Positions 1-9,166 of a stretch of 37,512 bases of DNA are shown here, piece by piece (position 1 is the stretch's first letter; each line of letters opens with the position of its first letter). The notes under the pieces were generated by a model. The model saw only the letters and a program-made list of their open reading frames with translations, was not told the origin of the DNA and did no database searches. This DNA is from an uncultured Eubacteriales bacterium (GTDB lineage: Bacteria; Bacillota; Clostridia; Christensenellales; Borkfalkiaceae), in assembly GCA_949745625.1 (NCBI GenBank), contig CATJZR010000084.1, forward strand, positions 1 through 37,512, given 5' to 3'. The position numbers and the translations under genes were made by a program.

Positions 1-87
1 ATTATGATACCCGAAGTATAAACCCGAAACCACTTTTTATCGGCTTGACGGTGTTCGGATAATTAACATTATCTATCTAAAAATTAT

Positions 88-116
88 TTGACAAACAAAT
101 ATAATTTAATTAAAAT
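88..116 (+). promoter_or_regulatory. sigma-A-type promoter of the MarR/ABC-exporter operon
   Basis: TTGACA (88-93), 17-nt spacer, TAAAAT (111-116). Confidence 0.6.
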
Positions 117-154
117 TATTTCGATTTCAAACTATTTGAGGTCGAAATAATTTT
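112..154. promoter_or_regulatory. 13-bp perfect inverted repeat, candidate MarR operator
   Basis: AAAATTATTTCGA (112-124) and TCGAAATAATTTT (142-154) separated by 17 nt. Overlaps the -10 box and the predicted transcription start. Confidence 0.5.
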
Positions 155-167
155 TTTGAGCGTAAAA

Positions 168-614
168 ATGGAAAACAAAAGACTTTATGGGCTGTTGTCC
201 TGTCTGCATAGGAAGATGAGCAGGGAAAATATTAAACTTTTTTCGGAATACGGTATCACACCTGTTCAGATGCATGCTATGGTGTTTATTCACTGCCAAA
301 CACGCGACGGTAAAAGCGTATGCCAAAGAGATATTGAAAAGCAGACCAATCTGCGTCCTTCCGCAATTTCAACTATGATTACAAACCTTGAAAAAAGCGG
401 ATTGATAACGCGTATAGTTTCAGAAAGTGACGCGCGCTCCAAGTACGTTATGTTGACAGAAAAAGGACTTGACGCTTGTTTGAAAAATAAAGAGCTTATA
501 GAAAAATGCGACGGCGTTGTACAATCTGCGCTGACTGAGGAAGAACAGGAAACATTTAAAGCTCTTTTGCGCAAAATTATGGCTGAATCGGAAAAAGAGG
601 TTAAAAATGATTAA
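168..614 (+). CDS. MarR-family transcriptional regulator
   Basis: Winged-helix MarR layout (QRDIEKQTNLRPSAISTMITNLEKSGLITR...KYVMLTEKG). ATG at 168 is preferred to the TTG at 156 in the ORF track. The 3' end overlaps the next gene by 8 nt. Confidence 0.85.
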   Translation: MENKRLYGLLSCLHRKMSRENIKLFSEYGITPVQMHAMVFIHCQTRDGKSVCQRDIEKQTNLRPSAISTMITNLEKSGLITRIVSESDARSKYVMLTEKGLDACLKNKELIEKCDGVVQSALTEEEQETFKALLRKIMAESEKEVKND

Positions 615-2376
615 AACTTTATTAAAAAGTGTGCGCGAATATAAGCGTGCGTCTATACTTTGTCCGCTTGTAATGGTTGGTGAGGCGGTAATGGAAATTA
701 TAATTCCGTTTTTAATGACGTTTATCGTTAAGGAATTGGAAGACCTCGCTACCGGTAAAACACAAGCAGCCGACAGCGGGCGTATAGCTTTGTTTGCTTC
801 TCTTATGATTGTTTGCGCCTTTCTTGCGCTATTATGCGGCGCTTGGGGCGGCAAGCTTGCTGCGAAAGCCAGCTGCGGGTTTGCACACAATTTAAGGGAA
901 GACATGTACAATAATCTACAAACCTATTCGTTTGCTAATATCGATAACTTTTCTACTGCAAGCCTGATTACCCGTATTACTACCGACGTCAACAACATAC
1001 AGAATGCTTATCAGATGAGTATAAGAATGTTGGTACGCGCTCCCGTAATGTTTATTACTGCCATAATAATGGGCGTAATTATCGAGCCTGTGATTGCTGC
1101 AGTATTCGGCGGCGCTGCTATATTTCTCGGAATAGTGGTATCTATATGTATATTTAAGGTTTTGCCGTATTTCAGAACAATGTTCAGAAAGTACGACGAT
1201 TTGAATGCAGTCGTGCAGGAGGACTTGACGGCTATCCGTGTGGTTAAGTCGTACGTAAGGGAAGACAGAGAAATTTCAAAAATGAAAAAGGCGAGCGGCG
1301 AGGTTTATAAATACTCGGTAAAAGCCGAAAGAATAATGACCGCCATGATGCCTTGCGTCACCATGACTATGTTTATAGTAAATATAATCATACTGACGAT
1401 GGGCGCTAATATGACGATAGGCAATATCGCCGGAAGCGTAAGCCCTTCTAAATTGCAAACCTTGATTCAGTACTCTGCGCAGATTTTATCTGGCGTAATG
1501 ATGGTGGCAATGTGCCTAAACTTTATCTCGCTTTCAAAGGGAAGCGCGGACAGAATTTGTGAAGTGCTCAATGAAAAGACAACGCTTCCCAAACCCCAAA
1601 ATCCTGTGTTTGAGGTTAAGAACGGTGCTGTCGATTTTAACGGAGTAAGCTTTGCATATATGCAGAAAGCCGACGAAAAGGTTTTAAAGAATATCGATAT
1701 ACATATTGCCGAGGGGGAAACGGTCGGCATAATCGGTGCTACGGGTTCTGGAAAAACCTCGCTTGTTTCGTTAATACCGCGTCTGTACGACGTTTCAGAA
1801 GGAAGCGTAACCGTAGGTGGCGTTGACGTGCGTGACTACGAAATGGATACTCTCAGAAACAACGTGGCAATGGTATTGCAGAAAAACGTGCTTTTTTCGG
1901 GCTCTATTGCGGAAAATCTGCGCTGGGGTGATGAGGGCGCCACTGAAGAGGATTTGCGCTTTGCCGCTAAGCAGGCTTGCGCAGAAGAGTTTATCGGCGC
2001 GTTGCCGGGCGGATTTGATTACGATTTGGGGCAGGGCGGCGTGAATGTTTCAGGCGGACAGAAACAGAGACTGTGTATTGCCAGAGCTATGCTTAAAAAG
2101 CCAAAGATTATAATTTTCGACGATTCGACTTCGGCAGTTGATACTAAGACGGACGCATCTATCCGCGCCGCATTAAAGCGTTATGCGCCGCAGACGACTA
2201 AAATAATTATTGCCCAACGCATTGCCTCCGTGCAGGACGCGGATAAAATTATCGTGCTTGACGAGGGCGCGGTATCGGGCATAGGCACGCATAGCGAACT
2301 TTTGAAAAACAACGCCATTTACCGCGACGTGTATTTGTCGCAAATAAAAAGCGGCGGAGAAAAGGCGGCGGTATAA
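607..2376 (+). CDS. ABC exporter, fused permease/ATP-binding subunit (heterodimer partner 1)
   Basis: 589 aa. N-terminal multi-TM domain plus NBD with Walker A GATGSGKTS, signature VSGGQKQR and Walker B IIIFDD. SD AAGAGG upstream. Confidence 0.93.
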   Translation: MIKTLLKSVREYKRASILCPLVMVGEAVMEIIIPFLMTFIVKELEDLATGKTQAADSGRIALFASLMIVCAFLALLCGAWGGKLAAKASCGFAHNLREDMYNNLQTYSFANIDNFSTASLITRITTDVNNIQNAYQMSIRMLVRAPVMFITAIIMGVIIEPVIAAVFGGAAIFLGIVVSICIFKVLPYFRTMFRKYDDLNAVVQEDLTAIRVVKSYVREDREISKMKKASGEVYKYSVKAERIMTAMMPCVTMTMFIVNIIILTMGANMTIGNIAGSVSPSKLQTLIQYSAQILSGVMMVAMCLNFISLSKGSADRICEVLNEKTTLPKPQNPVFEVKNGAVDFNGVSFAYMQKADEKVLKNIDIHIAEGETVGIIGATGSGKTSLVSLIPRLYDVSEGSVTVGGVDVRDYEMDTLRNNVAMVLQKNVLFSGSIAENLRWGDEGATEEDLRFAAKQACAEEFIGALPGGFDYDLGQGGVNVSGGQKQRLCIARAMLKKPKIIIFDDSTSAVDTKTDASIRAALKRYAPQTTKIIIAQRIASVQDADKIIVLDEGAVSGIGTHSELLKNNAIYRDVYLSQIKSGGEKAAV

Positions 2377-4292
2377 TGAACGGTGTAAAAAGCAGGCGCG
2401 CCCAAGCGCCGTTAAAGACATTCGGCAGATTGTTGAAGTATGCGTTTTCGAGAAATAAAGTCGCAACTGCCTTCGTGGTGCTGTTCGTGCTTTTGTCTTC
2501 GGTTGCAAGCGTTACGGCGGCTTCGAGAATTTCCGAAATAATTACTAAGCTATTGGTTTACAGACCTGAAAATCATTCCGCATTTATAGAAACGGAAATG
2601 CCTTTAATCTATTTGAATATAATCATTATGGGTGGCATTTATTTCGTGGGTGCGGCTTCGTCGTTTGCGTATAACATCATCATGATGTATATTGCTCAGG
2701 GAACGCTTAAAAAAATGCGTAACGAAATGTTCGAAAAGATGCAGTATCTGCCCCTGAAATATTTCGACGGGCACACTCACGGCGATTTAATGAGCCTTTA
2801 TACCAACGATGTGGATACTATGCGTCAGCTTTTAACTCAAACGATTCCGCAAATTATTTCCTCCGCAATAACTATAATAGCGGTGTTTGCGTTTATGGTT
2901 ACTTATAGTGTTACCCTGCTTTTTGTCGTGCTGCTGGTTCTTACGGCGGTAATCTTGTTTACAAAATTTATAGGCGGGCGTTCTGCAAAAAATTACGTAA
3001 TCAATCAAAAGGCTTTAGGCGCGTTAAACGGTTATATCGAAGAAATGACGGAGGGGCAGAAAGTTATTAAGGTTTTCTGTCACGAGCAGAAGGCGCGTGA
3101 AGGCTTCAAGACACTCAACGACAAACTTAACGATGCGGGTAGCAAGGCAAATACTTACGCATTCATTCTCGGTCCTATCAACAACAATCTCGGTTATATA
3201 CAGTACGTTTTGGTTGCATTCGTAGGCGTTATGATAATGGCATTCGGTAACGAAATGGGGCTACTGTCTGTTTATTGCAGTGTTCGCAATGCGGAGGAAG
3301 CAAACAGGGTAGCGGTCATGGCAGGAATGCTCGTTTCGTTTTTAATGTATTCGAGGCAGTTTAATATGCCGGTTATGCAGGTATCACAACAGTTCAACGC
3401 AATCGTAATGGCGCTTGCCGGTGCAGAGCGTATATTTGATATGGTAGACACTGTGCCGGAAGATAAGGGTGGCGAAATTACTCTTTCGTACGGCGAATAT
3501 GAACGCGATAAATGGGCGTGGAAAAAACCCGCCCGTAGCGGGTACGAGTATATCCCACTTATGGGCGATATTCGTTTTAATAACGTAGTATTCGGATACA
3601 CCGACGAAAAGGTAATATTAAAAAATATTTCCTTGTACGCAAAGCCCGGGCATAAAATTGCGTTTGTAGGCTCTACCGGGGCGGGTAAAACCACGATAAC
3701 GAATCTTATCAACCGTTTTTACGATATTCAGTCGGGCATCATCACTTACGACGGTATAGATATAAAAAGTATTAGAAAGGACGATTTGAGAAAAAGTCTT
3801 GGAATTGTCTTGCAGGATACTCATTTGTTTACAGGTACCGTAATGGATAACATACGGTACGGGCGGCTTGACGCTACCGATGAAGAATGTATCGAGGCGG
3901 CGCGGCTTGCAAATGCATATTTTTTTATTAAGCATCTTCCCGAAGGCTTTAATACGGTGATAAAGGGCGACGGGTCAAATCTTTCTCAGGGGCAGAAGCA
4001 GTTGCTTGCCATTGCCCGCGCGATGGTTTCTAAGTGCCCAGTTCTTATTCTCGACGAAGCGACCTCGTCAATCGATACGCGTACGGAAAAACTTATCGAA
4101 CAGGGTATGGATAAGCTTATGGAAGGCAGAACGGTATTTATAATTGCTCACCGACTTTCGACCGTAAGAAACAGCAACGCAATAATGGTACTGGAACACG
4201 GCGAGATAATCGAGCGCGGCGACCACGAGCAGCTGATTTCCCAAAAAGGGAAATATTATCAGCTGTACACGGGAGCATTCGAGCTTGATTAA
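2376..4292 (+). CDS. ABC exporter, fused permease/ATP-binding subunit (heterodimer partner 2)
   Basis: 638 aa. TMD plus NBD with Walker A GSTGAGKTT, signature LSQGQKQL and Walker B ILILDEATS. Start overlaps the upstream stop (TAATG). Confidence 0.93.
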   Translation: MNGVKSRRAQAPLKTFGRLLKYAFSRNKVATAFVVLFVLLSSVASVTAASRISEIITKLLVYRPENHSAFIETEMPLIYLNIIIMGGIYFVGAASSFAYNIIMMYIAQGTLKKMRNEMFEKMQYLPLKYFDGHTHGDLMSLYTNDVDTMRQLLTQTIPQIISSAITIIAVFAFMVTYSVTLLFVVLLVLTAVILFTKFIGGRSAKNYVINQKALGALNGYIEEMTEGQKVIKVFCHEQKAREGFKTLNDKLNDAGSKANTYAFILGPINNNLGYIQYVLVAFVGVMIMAFGNEMGLLSVYCSVRNAEEANRVAVMAGMLVSFLMYSRQFNMPVMQVSQQFNAIVMALAGAERIFDMVDTVPEDKGGEITLSYGEYERDKWAWKKPARSGYEYIPLMGDIRFNNVVFGYTDEKVILKNISLYAKPGHKIAFVGSTGAGKTTITNLINRFYDIQSGIITYDGIDIKSIRKDDLRKSLGIVLQDTHLFTGTVMDNIRYGRLDATDEECIEAARLANAYFFIKHLPEGFNTVIKGDGSNLSQGQKQLLAIARAMVSKCPVLILDEATSSIDTRTEKLIEQGMDKLMEGRTVFIIAHRLSTVRNSNAIMVLEHGEIIERGDHEQLISQKGKYYQLYTGAFELD

Positions 4293-4305
4293 TTTGAATT
4301 AATTA

Positions 4306-4335
4306 TCATAGTACAAACTGTCGAAAACATACATT
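4306..4335 (+). promoter_or_regulatory. mother-cell (sigma-E/sigma-K type) sporulation promoter candidate for sigK
   Basis: TCATA (4306-4310), 17 nt, CATACATT (4328-4335). This fits the B. subtilis SigE consensus ATA-16/18-CATACAnT, and the -10 also fits the SigK pattern CATAnnnTA. Confidence 0.45.
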
Positions 4336-4353
4336 ACTTTTAAGGGGTTTTGT

Positions 4354-5058
4354 ATGTTTTTTGATTTTTTGGGTTTATTGTTTGGCAAAATTTTCTTTTT
4401 TACCGGTGTCGTAAAGGACGAGGGTAATTTTCCCAAACCGCTTTCTGCCGATGACGAAAAAAAGTATCTTCGCCTCGCACGGGAAGGGGATACCGAGGCC
4501 AAGGATATTTTAATAAAGCACAATATGCGTCTGGTGGCGCATATTGTAAAAAAATATACGGGAGCTGCCGAAACGGACGATCTGCTGTCGGTCGGTTCTA
4601 TCGGACTGATTAAGGCTATAAATACCTTTCAGGACGGCAAGGGCACGCAGCTTGCAACCTATACGGCGCGATGCATAGAAAACGAAATTCTAATGCTTCT
4701 GCGCGCAGGCAAAAAACATAAAAACAGCGTCTCGCTTTCCGAACCCGTCGGGGTAGATAAGGACGGAAACGAGCTAACGCTTATAGACCTGCTTTCGGAA
4801 AAAGAGGAAAGCGTTTTCGCACAGGTCGAAAAAAGCATACAGCGAGAAAAATTCGTCGCTTGCCTTAAAAGATTTTTAAGCGAGAGAGAATTCGTTATTC
4901 TGTCGCTAAGATACGGACTCGAGGACGGCGTAGCAATGCCTCAAAGAGAGGTTGCAAAAAAGCTCGGCATTTCACGTTCGTACATATCACGCATAGAAAA
5001 ACGGGCGATAGAAAAGGCGCGAGAGCGGCTGAATAAAGAAGATTTCTTCAACGATTAA
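4354..5058 (+). CDS. sigK: RNA polymerase sporulation sigma factor, pro-sigma-K
   Basis: 234 aa. Hydrophobic pro-sequence followed by NFPKPLSADDEKKYLRLAREGDTEAKDILIKHNMRLVAHIVKKY, which closely parallels B. subtilis SigK (NAFPQPLSSSEEKKYLELMAKGD...LIEHNLRLVAHIVKKF). Region 4 is GISRSYISRIEKRA. SD AAGGGG upstream. Confidence 0.85.
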   Translation: MFFDFLGLLFGKIFFFTGVVKDEGNFPKPLSADDEKKYLRLAREGDTEAKDILIKHNMRLVAHIVKKYTGAAETDDLLSVGSIGLIKAINTFQDGKGTQLATYTARCIENEILMLLRAGKKHKNSVSLSEPVGVDKDGNELTLIDLLSEKEESVFAQVEKSIQREKFVACLKRFLSEREFVILSLRYGLEDGVAMPQREVAKKLGISRSYISRIEKRAIEKARERLNKEDFFND

Positions 5059-5064
5059 ATTTTG

Positions 5065-5096
5065 AAACGGTTTATCTCGGCATAAACCGTTTTTTA
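5065..5096 (+). terminator. rho-independent terminator after sigK
   Basis: 10-bp stem AACGGTTTAT/ATAAACCGTT, 6-nt loop, T-run. Confidence 0.8.
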
Positions 5097-5097
5097 C

Positions 5098-5126
5098 TTG
5101 CAAAATCGCGTATCAAATGCTAAAAT
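5098..5126 (+). promoter_or_regulatory. sigma-A promoter of tyrS
   Basis: TTGCAA (5098-5103), 17 nt, extended -10 TGcTAAAAT (5118-5126). It lies about 30 nt before the tyrS ATG. Confidence 0.6.
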
Positions 5127-5155
5127 CAATTTAATATATTTACGGAGATTTTGAT

Positions 5156-6349
5156 ATGGCAAATGTTATGGATACCCTTAGGGCAAGAGGGTTTGTAAAG
5201 CAGACGGTATACGAAGAAGATTTGTATAAGCTTTTGGACGAAGAGAGTGTAACCTTTTATACCGGATACGACCCTACTGCGGACAGTCTTCATGTGGGGC
5301 ATTTCATGCAGCTAATTGCAATGAAGCACTTGCAGGACGCGGGACACCGCCCTATAATACTGATAGGCGGAGGGACTGCTATGGTCGGCGACCCTACGGG
5401 TAAAACCGATATGCGCAAGATGATGGCGCGCGAAACCATAGACTACCACGTAAGCTGTTTTAAAAAACAGATGTCTAAGTTTATCAGCTTTAAGGGACAG
5501 AACGCCGCGATTATAGTTAACAATGCTGACTGGCTTACAAAGCTGAATTATATGGATTTTATGCGCGATATAGGTGTGCATTTTTCAGTCAACGAAATGC
5601 TTAGGGCTAAGTGTTTCGAAACGCGCCTTGAAAAGGGATTGTCTTTCCTTGAATTCAATTATATGCTTATGCAGGGCTATGATTTTTTAAGGCTGTTCAA
5701 CGATTATAACTGTAAGCTCGAGCTCGGTGGGGACGACCAGTGGTCGAATATTCTTGCGGGTGCAAATCTCATCCGCGTAAAAGAAAAAAAACCTGCGTAC
5801 GCAATGACCTTCACGCTTCTTACTACAAGCGAGGGCAAAAAAATGGGCAAGACCGAAAAGGGCGCAGTATGGCTTGACGAAACCAAGACAAGCCCCTACG
5901 AGTTTTATCAGTACTGGCGCAATATCGCCGACGCCGACACCGAAAAATGCCTTAAACTTTTGACCTTTTTGCCTCTTGACGAAATTGCAGAGCTTGTTAA
6001 GTATAACGACGAGAGAATGAACAGGGCGAAGGAAACGCTTGCTTACGAGCTGACGAAGCTCGTTCACGGCGCGGAAAAGGCGGACGAGGCGCAGTCGCAG
6101 GCTCGCGCTGCCTTCGGCGGCAGCGGAGATATGCCCGAAAAGCACGTTAAAGCCGAAAATAATTCCATAATTTCCGTGCTTGTCGCTGCGGGTATTTGCA
6201 CTTCTAACGGAGAAGCCCGCAGATTAATTCAGCAGGGAGGGGTATCATTGAATGATAAAAAGGTCACTGATATTAACGAAGCTGTTAATGATGGGGACAT
6301 CGTCCACAAGGGCAAAAAGGTACACGTTAAAATCATTTTTGATTTATGA
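5156..6349 (+). CDS. tyrS: tyrosine--tRNA ligase
   Basis: 397 aa. HIGH-class motif (SLHVGHF), KMSKS-class motif (KMGKT) and a C-terminal S4-like domain. SD GGAG upstream. Confidence 0.95.
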   Translation: MANVMDTLRARGFVKQTVYEEDLYKLLDEESVTFYTGYDPTADSLHVGHFMQLIAMKHLQDAGHRPIILIGGGTAMVGDPTGKTDMRKMMARETIDYHVSCFKKQMSKFISFKGQNAAIIVNNADWLTKLNYMDFMRDIGVHFSVNEMLRAKCFETRLEKGLSFLEFNYMLMQGYDFLRLFNDYNCKLELGGDDQWSNILAGANLIRVKEKKPAYAMTFTLLTTSEGKKMGKTEKGAVWLDETKTSPYEFYQYWRNIADADTEKCLKLLTFLPLDEIAELVKYNDERMNRAKETLAYELTKLVHGAEKADEAQSQARAAFGGSGDMPEKHVKAENNSIISVLVAAGICTSNGEARRLIQQGGVSLNDKKVTDINEAVNDGDIVHKGKKVHVKIIFDL

Positions 6350-6846
6350 AAATTTGTATTATCGGATTTAGCGGTTCAGGTAAATCTACACTTGCAAAGT
6401 TGCTTGGTGAAAAGTATTCGCTTCCCGTTTTGCATCTTGATGCAACATTTTGGTATGGCGATTGGCAATACCGCACAAAAGAAGAGCAGAGTGAAATCGT
6501 CAAAAATTTTATGAACGAAAATTCTGATGGTTGGGTAATTGACGGGAACTACGCAAAAATATCACTTGAAAGATTTTCGCAATGCGATGCTGTTTATTTT
6601 TTGAATTATAACCGATTTGTGTGCTTTAAGCAGGCGGTAAAAAGATATAAGCAAAACAGGGGAACGGTGCGTCCTGATTGCCCGTGCTTAGAGAAGCTTG
6701 ATGCTGAGTTTGTTAGTTGGTTGCTGTTTATCGGTAGAACACATAAAAGGCGAAATATAATTAAACGGCTACTGTCTCTTTCTTCCGGAACCAAATACGT
6801 ATTCAAAAACCGAAAACAACTTGAAGAACATTTAAAAACGCTTTAA
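6346..6846 (+). CDS. P-loop NTPase, adenylate-kinase-like (topology modulation protein FlaR-like family)
   Basis: 166 aa. P-loop GFSGSGKST at the N-terminus. ATGA overlap with the tyrS stop. Confidence 0.7.
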   Translation: MKICIIGFSGSGKSTLAKLLGEKYSLPVLHLDATFWYGDWQYRTKEEQSEIVKNFMNENSDGWVIDGNYAKISLERFSQCDAVYFLNYNRFVCFKQAVKRYKQNRGTVRPDCPCLEKLDAEFVSWLLFIGRTHKRRNIIKRLLSLSSGTKYVFKNRKQLEEHLKTL

Positions 6847-6848
6847 TT

Positions 6849-7472
6849 ATGTATTTATCAATAAACGGAGAATGTGAAACTCAAAAAATTATAGAGAAAT
6901 CGCGTTTCATAACGGTATCTAAGCATATAGACGGCGAGGAAGATGCGAAGAAATTTATCGCGGATATAAGGCAAAGATTTCCCGATGCTACGCACAACTG
7001 TTACGCTTATATTGCCGACAGCTTAGGGAATTTTCTGCGCTTTTCCGACGACGGTGAACCTTCGGGCACTGCGGGTATGCCTATTTTAGAAGTAATCAAA
7101 AATAAAAAGCTTTACGAAACTGCGGTGGTCGTTACCCGTTATTTCGGCGGAATAAAGCTCGGAGCGGGCGGCTTGGTGCGCGCGTATTCGGGTTGCGCTG
7201 CAGAAAATCTCGACGCGGCGGAAAAGGCGCTATTCGAACAGTGCAGCGAGTCGCGGTATGCTGTCGACTATTCGTGCGTAGACGCTGTTATGCGATACTG
7301 CGCCGAAAGCTCGGCAACGGTTATAAACACTGAATACGGCGATGCCGTTACGTTCGTGATTGCAGTTAAACAATCGGAAGAAGCAAAATTCAATTCGGGA
7401 TTGATTGACAGGCTTAACGGAAAGGTTGAGATTATAAAGTGCAGAGAATACTTTTTCCCGTTTAAAATATAA
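6849..7472 (+). CDS. yigZ: YigZ/IMPACT-family protein
   Basis: 207 aa. UPF0029 motifs HNCYAY, DDGEPSGTAG, VVTRYFGGIKLG. Confidence 0.85.
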   Translation: MYLSINGECETQKIIEKSRFITVSKHIDGEEDAKKFIADIRQRFPDATHNCYAYIADSLGNFLRFSDDGEPSGTAGMPILEVIKNKKLYETAVVVTRYFGGIKLGAGGLVRAYSGCAAENLDAAEKALFEQCSESRYAVDYSCVDAVMRYCAESSATVINTEYGDAVTFVIAVKQSEEAKFNSGLIDRLNGKVEIIKCREYFFPFKI

Positions 7473-7486
7473 TTCAAGGTCGCATT

Positions 7487-8095
7487 ATGGCAGAAATAAC
7501 TTCGATAGAACCTCAGGTCAAAGATAAAAACCGCTGTAACGTCTACATTGATGGCAGATTTTATTGCGGAATTAAACTTGAAGTGGCTATTAAATATCAT
7601 TTAAAAGCGGGTATGCAGGTGGAAAAATCGCAGCTTGAAGAAATTCAGTTGGAAACCGAAAAAAGTCAGGCGGTAGATAAGGCCATGACGCATCTATCCG
7701 CAACAATGAAAACCGAACGCCAAATGCGTGATTTTCTTGTAAAAAAAGGGTATACCGAGGCTGTTTGCGATTACGTTATCGAAAAGCTGCAATATTATAA
7801 ATTTATAGACGATTACGCTTATTGCAGGGCGTACGTAAATAGCGTGCGCGGCAAAGGAAAACGCGCTATAGAGGCGGACTTATTTAAAAGAAAAGCCAGA
7901 CGCGACGCGATTGACGAAGCGTTGAACGACTTTACCGAAAATAAGGACGACGCATATTCGTTGCTTCAAAAATATATGCGCGGTAAGGAAGTAAATAAAA
8001 TCAATCTGTTAAAGGGATATAAGTACTTGCTGTCAAAAGGTTACGGCTATGACGTCGCGCAGTCTGCGGTTGAAAAATTCGGCGTTAAGGAATAA
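7487..8095 (+). CDS. recX: recombination regulator RecX
   Basis: 202 aa. N-terminus (ITSIEPQVKDKNRCNVYIDG) and repeated helical modules typical of RecX. Confidence 0.8.
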   Translation: MAEITSIEPQVKDKNRCNVYIDGRFYCGIKLEVAIKYHLKAGMQVEKSQLEEIQLETEKSQAVDKAMTHLSATMKTERQMRDFLVKKGYTEAVCDYVIEKLQYYKFIDDYAYCRAYVNSVRGKGKRAIEADLFKRKARRDAIDEALNDFTENKDDAYSLLQKYMRGKEVNKINLLKGYKYLLSKGYGYDVAQSAVEKFGVKE

Positions 8096-8187
8096 TATTA
8101 GCAGAAAAACCGTCGGAGGAATATAATATCAGTACCGAAGTATTCGGAATTAAAACGGGCGTCGCTCGCATCATCGAAGGGCGGGAA

Positions 8188-8988
8188 GTGGCGGCGTTTT
8201 ATCCCGACAGAAAGCGAAATACTCATAAGGGTGATTACGGAAGCGCAAACGTAGTTGCAGGTAGCGACAGATTTATCGGTGCGGCGGCGCTTGCCGTGGA
8301 AGCTGCGTTAAAATCGGGCTGCGGATACGTAAAGCTCACGACGGCGGAAAAGGTAAAGCTTGCGCTTGCGGCAAAGTACCCTCAGGCAATTTATCTTGAC
8401 GAATGCGATATGAACAGTCAGTCTATTGCAATCGGTATGGGTTGCGGCGTAAGCGAGCAGTTGTATGAAAGAATAGCGTTTCTTACACATAACTATGACG
8501 GCACGCTTATAATAGACGCCGACGGCTTAAACAGTTTATCCGAGTATGGCATCGGCGTTATTAAAAGCAGCAGGTGCAAAATTATTCTTACGCCCCACGC
8601 GAAAGAATTTTCAAGACTGACGGGGAAACCGACTGAGGAAATTCTGCGGGACCCGATAAAGCATGCAATGGACTTTGCAAAAAATTTCGGAGTTGTTTTA
8701 CTGCTTAAAGGCGCGGCAACGGTAATTACTGACGGCGAGCGCACTGCACTGAACCTCAACGGAACCACCGCGCTTGCAAAGGCGGGAAGCGGGGATATGC
8801 TTTCTGGGTATATGGCGGGAAGCGCGGCGCGCGGACTGTCACCGTTAGACGCTGCCGTGTGCGCGGCGTATACTTTGGGTGTTTCGGCGGAAATAAGCTC
8901 TCAACAAAAGACGGATTATTGCGCTACTGCGCGCGATATTCTGAATAATTTACATTTAGCCGTCAAACGTTTGACAGGCAAATTTTAA
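8188..8988 (+). CDS. nnrD: ADP-dependent NAD(P)H-hydrate dehydratase (stand-alone YjeF C-terminal domain)
   Basis: HKGDYG near the N-terminus and GSGDMLSG near the C-terminus. The GTG at 8188 is the first canonical start, but the frame is open from 8089, so the true start may be upstream (see findings). Confidence 0.85.
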   Translation: MAAFYPDRKRNTHKGDYGSANVVAGSDRFIGAAALAVEAALKSGCGYVKLTTAEKVKLALAAKYPQAIYLDECDMNSQSIAIGMGCGVSEQLYERIAFLTHNYDGTLIIDADGLNSLSEYGIGVIKSSRCKIILTPHAKEFSRLTGKPTEEILRDPIKHAMDFAKNFGVVLLLKGAATVITDGERTALNLNGTTALAKAGSGDMLSGYMAGSAARGLSPLDAAVCAAYTLGVSAEISSQQKTDYCATARDILNNLHLAVKRLTGKF

Positions 8989-8999
8989 ATTGTTATAAT
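8971..8999 (+). promoter_or_regulatory. consensus sigma-A promoter inside the 3' end of nnrD, driving the antiporter leader
   Basis: TTGACA (8971-8976), 17 nt, TGtTATAAT (8991-8999). Confidence 0.7.
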
Positions 9000-9005
9000 A
9001 CCCGT

Positions 9006-9085
9006 GTTGAAAGGGAGTAGTTGAAGGCAAACTTCGTCATCACAGCTTAACGGCTCGGAGTTTGACACCTCTTAATTTAGGTAAC
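9006..9085 (+). promoter_or_regulatory. candidate riboswitch aptamer (yybP-ykoY / Mn2+-like) in the 5' leader of the CaCA antiporter
   Basis: The leader starts with GUUGAAAGGGAGUAG (compare the conserved AAAGGGGAGUAG of yybP-ykoY). The 5' GUUGAA can pair with UUUGAC at 9061-9066. A strong terminator follows directly. The class assignment is from memory of the consensus only. Confidence 0.4.
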
Positions 9086-9131
9086 AAGACTTTTGACTTA
9101 AAGAAATTTAAGTCGGAAGTCTTATTTTTTT
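9086..9131 (+). terminator. intrinsic terminator in the leader (expression platform/attenuator)
   Basis: 15-bp stem AAGACTTTTGACTTA/TAAGTCGGAAGTCTT (two G-U pairs), 8-nt loop, then A+TTTTTTT. It lies 36 nt before the antiporter ATG. Confidence 0.8.
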
Positions 9132-9166
9132 GACTTTCGGCAAATATAATAGAGAGGTTCAGATTT

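Noticed and set aside
1-87. Possible terminator or small RNA at the window start (CCGAAACC...GGTGTTCGG)
   Set aside because: The pairing is imperfect and short, the context is truncated by the window edge, and no T-run is present.
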